Below, piece after piece: positions 54,887 to 64,000 of a stretch of DNA of 64,000 nt. The notes below the pieces were generated by a model. It saw only the letters and a list, made by a program, of their open reading frames with translations. It did no database searches and was not told the DNA's origin. The translations under genes were made by a program, and so were the position numbers. How positions within the stretch are numbered: the first letter of the stretch is position 1; each line of letters opens with the position of its first letter. The stretch comes from Dictyostelium discoideum (Eukaryota), in assembly GCA_000004695.1 (NCBI GenBank), contig CM000155.2, forward strand, positions 1,152,001 through 1,216,000, given 5' to 3'.

Positions 54887-57800
54887 ATAGGGAACATTAT
54901 TTTCAAGTATTAAAGGATCAAAATGGGCAATTAAAGATGATACAGTTCAAGTTCAAATGGATAAACAACAAACAGGTGTAAAATGGAGTCATTTATTATC
55001 AGAAATTACAGAATCAAATGCAAAAGCAGTTGTGTTATTTGAATATGAGGCAACCTCTGAAGAGGAATTATCATTAATACCACATCAAGTCATTGATATC
55101 ATTTCAAAGGATGATTCTGGTTGGTGGGAAGGTTCAAAACAACAAATGAATGGTGTATTTCCATCAAATTTCGTACAAGAATTTCCAACTGATTATCAAC
55201 CACCTGAAGATGAGGATGCAAGTGCAGAGGCTACAAAAGAGGAGGAAATATCGAAACCAATTAGTCAAGTCTCAAGACTTGGTATTAATATTAGTTTAGG
55301 TAGTATGGATGAATTAAAGAATAAATTAGCAAATAGAAAAACTGCAACTTATACATCTGCTGATATTGAAGAGGCTCATAATAATAATAATGCTTCAAAT
55401 GAAGAATCTAATAGTAGTAGTAGTAGTAGTAGTAGTAGTAATATTAATAGTAGTGGTGGATTTGTAGCAGTTAAACCAAGTGGTGCTGTAAATACACAAC
55501 AAAGACAACCAGGTAAAGTTTTATTAAATAATAGACAATCAACTATACTTTCAGGTGTACCACCAGCAATTCAATCAATTCCATCATCAAATACAAATAC
55601 AACCACCACCACCAATACTACACCAGCAGTTCAACCATTAATTCAATTAAAACCAAAACAAACAAATACAGAGATTAATACGAGTGGAAATTCAATCCCA
55701 GCAACAACATCAAAAGAATCACAATCAACTAAAGAGGAATCATCTAGTGGTGGCAATAAAATTACATCATTATTTAAAAAACCATTGAAAAAGATTACAG
55801 CGATTTCAGCATTAACAGGTTCACATTCAAGTAATGAAAGTAGTAGTGGTGGAGATAAAAATAATAGCGGTAGTAAAACAAAAGCGAAAGTAGTTTATGA
55901 TTTCGAAAGTAAAGAACCAAATGAATTAAATTTGAAAAAAGGTGATATTATCGTTGTTTTAGCAAAGGATTCATCCGGTTGGTGGCAAGGTATAAATCAA
56001 TCAACTCAAGCAACTGGTTGGTTTTCAAATACATTTGTCGAGGAGATTAAAGAGGAGAAATTACCACCACCACCATCATCATCTGAAAATAAACAACCAT
56101 TAAAGATTGTTAAATCACCACCACCAAAATCATCATCATCATCACAACCACAAACAGTTGAAGCAAAATTACAATCATTATCAGATACACCAAAATTGGA
56201 AACAGCAAGAAAAGCAGGTGCTGCTAAAGGTAGAAAACCACCATCAAGAGTACGTGCCTCTTATTTATTATCTGATGATGAAAAAGCAGAGAGAGAAAAA
56301 CTTAAACAAAGTTTTTATTCTCATGTTGTTTCTTCACAAAAAGAACTTTCAATGTATGATAATAATGAAGATGGTGGTGAACATCTATCTGATGATGATC
56401 AACCATCAACACCACCTTCAATTTCACGTAGTGGAGGTTCATTCACTCCAACACAACAACAACAACAACAATCAGTTGATAAACCTATTGAAAGACCATC
56501 AAAACCACCACCACCAAAACGAACAGCGGCAATGAATAGCTCACTTAATAATATAAATGAACCACCACCACCAAGTAATAAACCACCACCACCACCAAAA
56601 TCATTAAAACCACTCTCAACTAGTGATGGATATGAACCACCATCACCACCATCATCATCGTCAACAACTCCAATTACAACAAGTGGTGAAGATACTCTTC
56701 AAAAATCACCTACATTACAAAGAAAAGTTGCGCCACCACCACAACAACAAAATGAACAAGATTTACCATCTTCACTTGTCGGTAAACCACCACCACTTAA
56801 ACCAACTCCAAAACCAAGAGCAATACAGACAAACAGCGAATCAACAGCACCAGCACCAACACCTTCACATGAAGTTAACTTTAAAGCAAACCTAAAACCA
56901 GCAAAACCTTCATCACCACCAATTGGTAATTCACAAGAAATTCCAACAGATACATCATCACCACCAAATGCAACTACACCACAACCAACACCTCCACCAT
57001 TAAAAAGAGTAGCTAAACCACCTGTACAACAACAACAACCATCAAATGAAAATATTGAAAATATAACACAATTTAAATTAAAACCATCACCAGCTTCACC
57101 AACTTCACCAAGTTCACCAACTATTGATCCAATTTCAACCACAACTAAACCACCAGCTAGACCACCATTAAAGAAATCAGCAGCAGCAGCAGCACCACCT
57201 TCACCACCAAATGAAGAAGCTACAACCACATCACCACCAACATTAGCAGCAAAACCAAAAGTAGCCTTAAGAAATGGACCAAGCTCAGCACCAACATCAC
57301 CATTATCACAACCACAACAACCACTACCACCATCAACTCATAAGAGAAATCTTTCAAATCCAAATACAACCAACAATGAAAAACCACCACCACCAACTAA
57401 AAAACCACAATTAATAAAACCATTACCACAATTTAATGACATTTGTGTTGAAGTATCAAATATTTGTAATGAAATTCAAGAGAGAAGCGATAACTCTCAA
57501 GAGACAACCACCACCTTTAAACATAATTACCCATCATTGATTGATTCATTCTTTTCAGTTGCCGTTTGTAGTAATGATGGTCAATTTTGGGGTAACGATG
57601 ACCAATTGAATGATCATTGTGTACCAATGTTTCAAGTTATCTATCCATTCCTTTACTCGATACTTTGCGAAGAGATTGGTTTGGATGAAGTTTCAAAGTT
57701 TATCTCTGATCAAGCTAGACCTGACAGTTACGACAATCAAAAACCACTAAACGATCAAAAGAAATCACATAATCCATTCACATTGGCTGGTCAATTGATT

Positions 57801-58418
57801 ACAGCAAATCTGTTCACTGGTAAATATCCAAATGCCGTCACTAGAATCTACCAATTTTTAAATATAATTCAAGAGTTGGTAAATTGTAGTAGTGTTTCAT
57901 GTGATATGGTCTCTTATTTATCTCAAAAATCTGAAACCTCTGATGAGATATTGGTGGGTCATTTATTGAAATCCTCTGGATTAATTAAACAACCTGATGA
58001 TGTTTTAGACTTTTTCTATCAAATCAATTCAATTCAATTAAATTCAAAACAGGTTTCAGTATTGGCTGCAACACTTGCCAATGATGGTGTTTGTCCATTC
58101 TCTCAAGATTTGAAATTAGCCCCTAAAAATATAATCTCAAAAACTATTGACCTCATTAGAATTTGTAATTCAACTCCAATAACCTCTTCAATTTTCGATA
58201 ACAATATTGATAATATTAATAATTCTAAAATAATTCCTATCTTAAGTGATAGTGGTGTCTTAATGATTATCATTCCTGGTTTAATGGGTGTTTCAATCAT
58301 CTCTCCATGTAATAATAATAATAATAATAATAATAACAATAATGATAATTTCAATCATTATCCAAATAATAATCATATTGAATTTTGTAAAAAATTATGT
58401 TCAATTTTAGATCAATAA
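54606..58418 (+). CDS. Multidomain protein: CS (p23/NudC-like) domain, two SH3 domains, a long proline-rich region and a C-terminal glutaminase-like domain lacking recognisable catalytic residues. Two exons: 54606..54746 and 54891..58418 (~1222 aa).
   Basis: The CS-like start WHQSNNLVYVTFNIPANVTKQDIHAEI..GLGVKGFGLNCE continues after a phase-0 intron (GTATGT at 54747, ttaattatAG at 54889-54890) with GTLFSSIKGSKWAIKDDTVQVQM. SH3-1: AVVLFEYEATSEEELSL..DDSGWWEG..NGVFPSNFV. SH3-2: KVVYDFESKEPNELNLKKGDIIVVL..SSGWWQG..GWFSNTFV. The glutaminase-like C-terminus (KSHNPFTLAGQLITANL, DVLDFFYQINSIQLNSKQVSVLAATLANDGVCPF, LSDSGVLMIIIPGLMGV) aligns with kidney-type glutaminase, but the catalytic S-x-x-K position reads FQVIYP. 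Confidence 0.7.
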
Positions 58419-58753
58419 TTAAAAAAAAAAAAAAAAAAACTATAAATAAATAAATAAATATATAAATATATTTTAAAAAAAAAAAAAAAAATAAATTAAA
58501 TTAAAAGAAAAAAAAAAAATATGTGTATAACAATATTTTAGCTAATTGTCCAATAATTTTTTTTTTATTTTTTTTATTTATTTATTTTTTTTTTTTTAAA
58601 AAAATATAAATATTCTTGGATTTTTTTTTTTTTTTTTTAAAAAAAATATAAATAACTACATAAACACAATTTTGATATCTTCTGTTTGTGTGTTTTATAA
58701 TTATTTTAAATTAAAAAGATGGCTTTCTTCAAATAATTTTTTTTTTTTTTTTT

Positions 58754-58794
<41 letters not shown>

Positions 58795-58815
58795 TTTTTT
58801 TTTTTAATTTTTTAA

Positions 58816-58846
<31 letters not shown>

Positions 58847-58910
58847 ATATTTTTTCACATACTATTTTTTTTCAAATAAAAAAAAAGAAAAAAAATAAAA
58901 TAAAAATAAT

Positions 58911-59002
58911 ATGGTTACAGGTATAAAGGTAATGAATTTATATCAAAATATAATTTTACCACATATGGTTTGATTATTAACATTTTAAAAAAAATTTTTT
59001 TT

Positions 59003-59036
<34 letters not shown>

Positions 59037-59718
59037 ACAGAAAACTGTTAAAGTAGTAGTTGTAGGTGATGGTGCTGTTGGGTATGTATTTTTTTTTTAT
59101 AACACATTTTCAGAAATAGAAAAAAAAAAAAAAAATACTAATTTTTTTTTTTTTTTTTTTTTTTTCTAAAAAAAATTTAATAATCCCCACCAATATTTTA
59201 TTATTACTATTTACGAAATTACAATGAAAATCCAATAAAATTTGGTTGAATTTTTTTTTTTTATAATACAGTAAAACTTCACTTTTAATTTTATATACAA
59301 CTAAAGCATTCCCAAAAGATTATGTACCAACAGTATTTGGTATGTGTTGGATTATTTATAATAATTAAGTTAATCCTCAATCATCATCAATCATCATCAA
59401 TCATCATCATCATCATCATTATAGTGATCGTGATTTAATAATTGACCAATATCAACAATCAAAAACAACTCAACAGCAACAAGAGCAATTATACTTATAT
59501 TTTATTTATTGAAAAAAAAAAAAAAAATTATTATTATTATTATTATTATATAGATAACTTTAATTGTTTAGAGATGTACGATAATAAACCAGTTAATTTA
59601 GTATTGTGGGATACCGCTGGTCAAGAAGATTATGATAATTTACGTCCATTGTCATATCCACAGGTAAGTTTTCATTGTTACTTAATTTTAAATAGATATT
59701 TATGATTAATTCTAATAT

Positions 59719-59761
<43 letters not shown>

Positions 59762-60299
59762 TTATTTCTAGACTGATGTATTTATAATATGTTATTCAGT
59801 AGTTAAAAGAGATTCGTTAGATAATATAAAGTATAAATGGTTACCTGAAATTAATCAAACTAATCAGGGTACACCAATTATTTTAGTTGGTACAAAGACT
59901 GATTTAAGGGAGGACAAAAAAACATTATCACAATTACAAGAATCAAAACAAGAACCAGTTTCAAGAGATGAAGGTGTAGCATTAGCAAAAGAGATAGGTG
60001 CAGTACAATTTTTCGAATGTTCTGCATTGACAGGTAATGGTGTAAATGATATTTTCGCTGCTGCAATTAAAGCAGCTTTTAATAAACCTGCTGTAACTTC
60101 ACCAACTTCGAAATCTAGTGGTAAATCTTCACCTTCATCTACCTCTTCAAAACCTTCTAAAACTACTACTACAACTACAACCTCTTCTTCTTCTTCTTCA
60201 CCACCTGCTGCTTCAACTGCAAAACCAGCAGGTGAAAAGAAATTAAGTTGGGGTTTGTTCCGTAAAAAAGATAAAGATGAAAAGAAACCAGCAAAATAA
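58911..60299 (+). CDS. racD: Rho-family GTPase (Rac-like) with a Ser/Thr-rich C-terminal extension and no CAAX box. Five exons: 58911..58928, 59041..59081, 59272..59339, 59554..59663, 59772..60299 (254 aa).
   Basis: G1 [14 protein letters not shown], assembled across introns. Switch region YVPTVFDNF. G3 [23 protein letters not shown] and SAL motifs in exon 5. Junction phases are 0,2,1,0. The symbol rests on my recollection that Dictyostelium RacD is 254 aa and unprenylated; confidence in the symbol is ~0.5. Confidence 0.7.
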
Positions 60300-60514
60300 A
60301 TTTATAATCAAATAAAAAAAAAAAAAAAAAAAAGAATAAAAAAAAAAAAATAAAAAAAAAAATAAAAAAAAAAAACCAACAAATGAGATATTATCACACA
60401 TAACTTTAAACATCCCTGGAAAAAAAAAAAAAAAAAAAAAAAATTGTTTTTTTTCCGGCTATTTATTTTTTTTTTTTTATTTTAGGTTTAAAACCCTGCC
60501 ATTTCCCCGGGAGG

Positions 60515-60555
<41 letters not shown>

Positions 60556-60817
60556 CCATTAAACCAATTATTTAAAAAAAAAACTTTTAAGATTCCCTTT
60601 TTTTTTTTTTTTTATTTTTTTTAAATTTTTTATTTTTTTTATTTTATTTTCATTCCTTTTTAATAGGGGTTTTGTTTAAATTATTAAATTTCACTATGTT
60701 CACAAACACACCAATCATTTTTTTATTTATTTTTTATTTTTTTTTTATTTTTTTTTTTTATTTTCATTTTTTTTAATTTATTTTTTTTTTTTTTAAAAAA
60801 AAATTTTATGCTTTGAA

Positions 60818-60853
<36 letters not shown>

Positions 60854-61026
60854 TTTATTATAAATGAAAATAACAATTATCCCAACATCATCAATCAATT
60901 AAATATTTTATAAATTTATAAAAAAAAAATAAAAAAATAAAAAAATAAAAAAATAGGATTAATTCTTATCAAAATTATTTTCAAAAAAAAAAAAAATAAA
61001 AATAAAATAATTAAATCATTTAAACA

Positions 61027-64000
<2,974 letters not shown>

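Noticed and set aside
56107-57229. Plus-strand alternate-frame 142-aa and 90-aa His-rich ORFs, and a minus-strand Gly-rich 176-aa ORF.
   Set aside because: They lie entirely within the proline-rich linker of the SH3-glutaminase-like gene and are repeat-driven frame artefacts.

Overview
The window looks like Dictyostelium discoideum nuclear DNA. It is about 78-80% AT, with very long homopolymer and trinucleotide tracts, short AT-rich introns with GTAAGT...AG boundaries, and coding regions full of poly-N/Q/S runs. It splits into three parts.

1) 1-6.4 kb: ordinary genes. These are squalene synthase (fdfT), a COMM-domain protein and a Myb/SANT-like Asn-rich protein.

2) ~6.4-25.9 kb: a repeat-rich, rearranged accessory region. 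It holds a small family of signal-peptide-bearing TadA/CDA-fold zinc deaminase genes fused to a carbohydrate-binding-module-like C-terminal domain (two apparently intact copies, two decayed fragments). It holds two copies of a ~3.5-5 kb composite element that carries a 345-aa ORF, a Myb/SANT 171-aa ORF, a 248-aa ORF present in only one copy, and a 122-aa Q-rich ORF. It also holds a conserved nested-hairpin element, a non-LTR reverse-transcriptase fragment, glycine-zipper mini-ORF segments and assorted satellites.

3) 26-64 kb: ordinary, mostly multi-exon genes. In order: an LRR/IPT/EGF type I membrane protein; two tandem frizzled/smoothened-like 7TM receptors; a D-2-hydroxyacid dehydrogenase; an unknown S/T/P/Q-rich protein; a DEAD-box helicase; the NDT80/peptidase-S74 factor MrfA; a patatin-like lipase; galactokinase; a CS-SH3-SH3-proline-rich protein ending in an apparently inactive glutaminase-like domain; a CAAX-less Rac GTPase; and the 5' part of exportin-7.

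No prokaryotic features (CRISPR, operons) and no convincing tRNA or rRNA were seen. All exon coordinates were hand-derived from the sequence and may be off by a few nucleotides.
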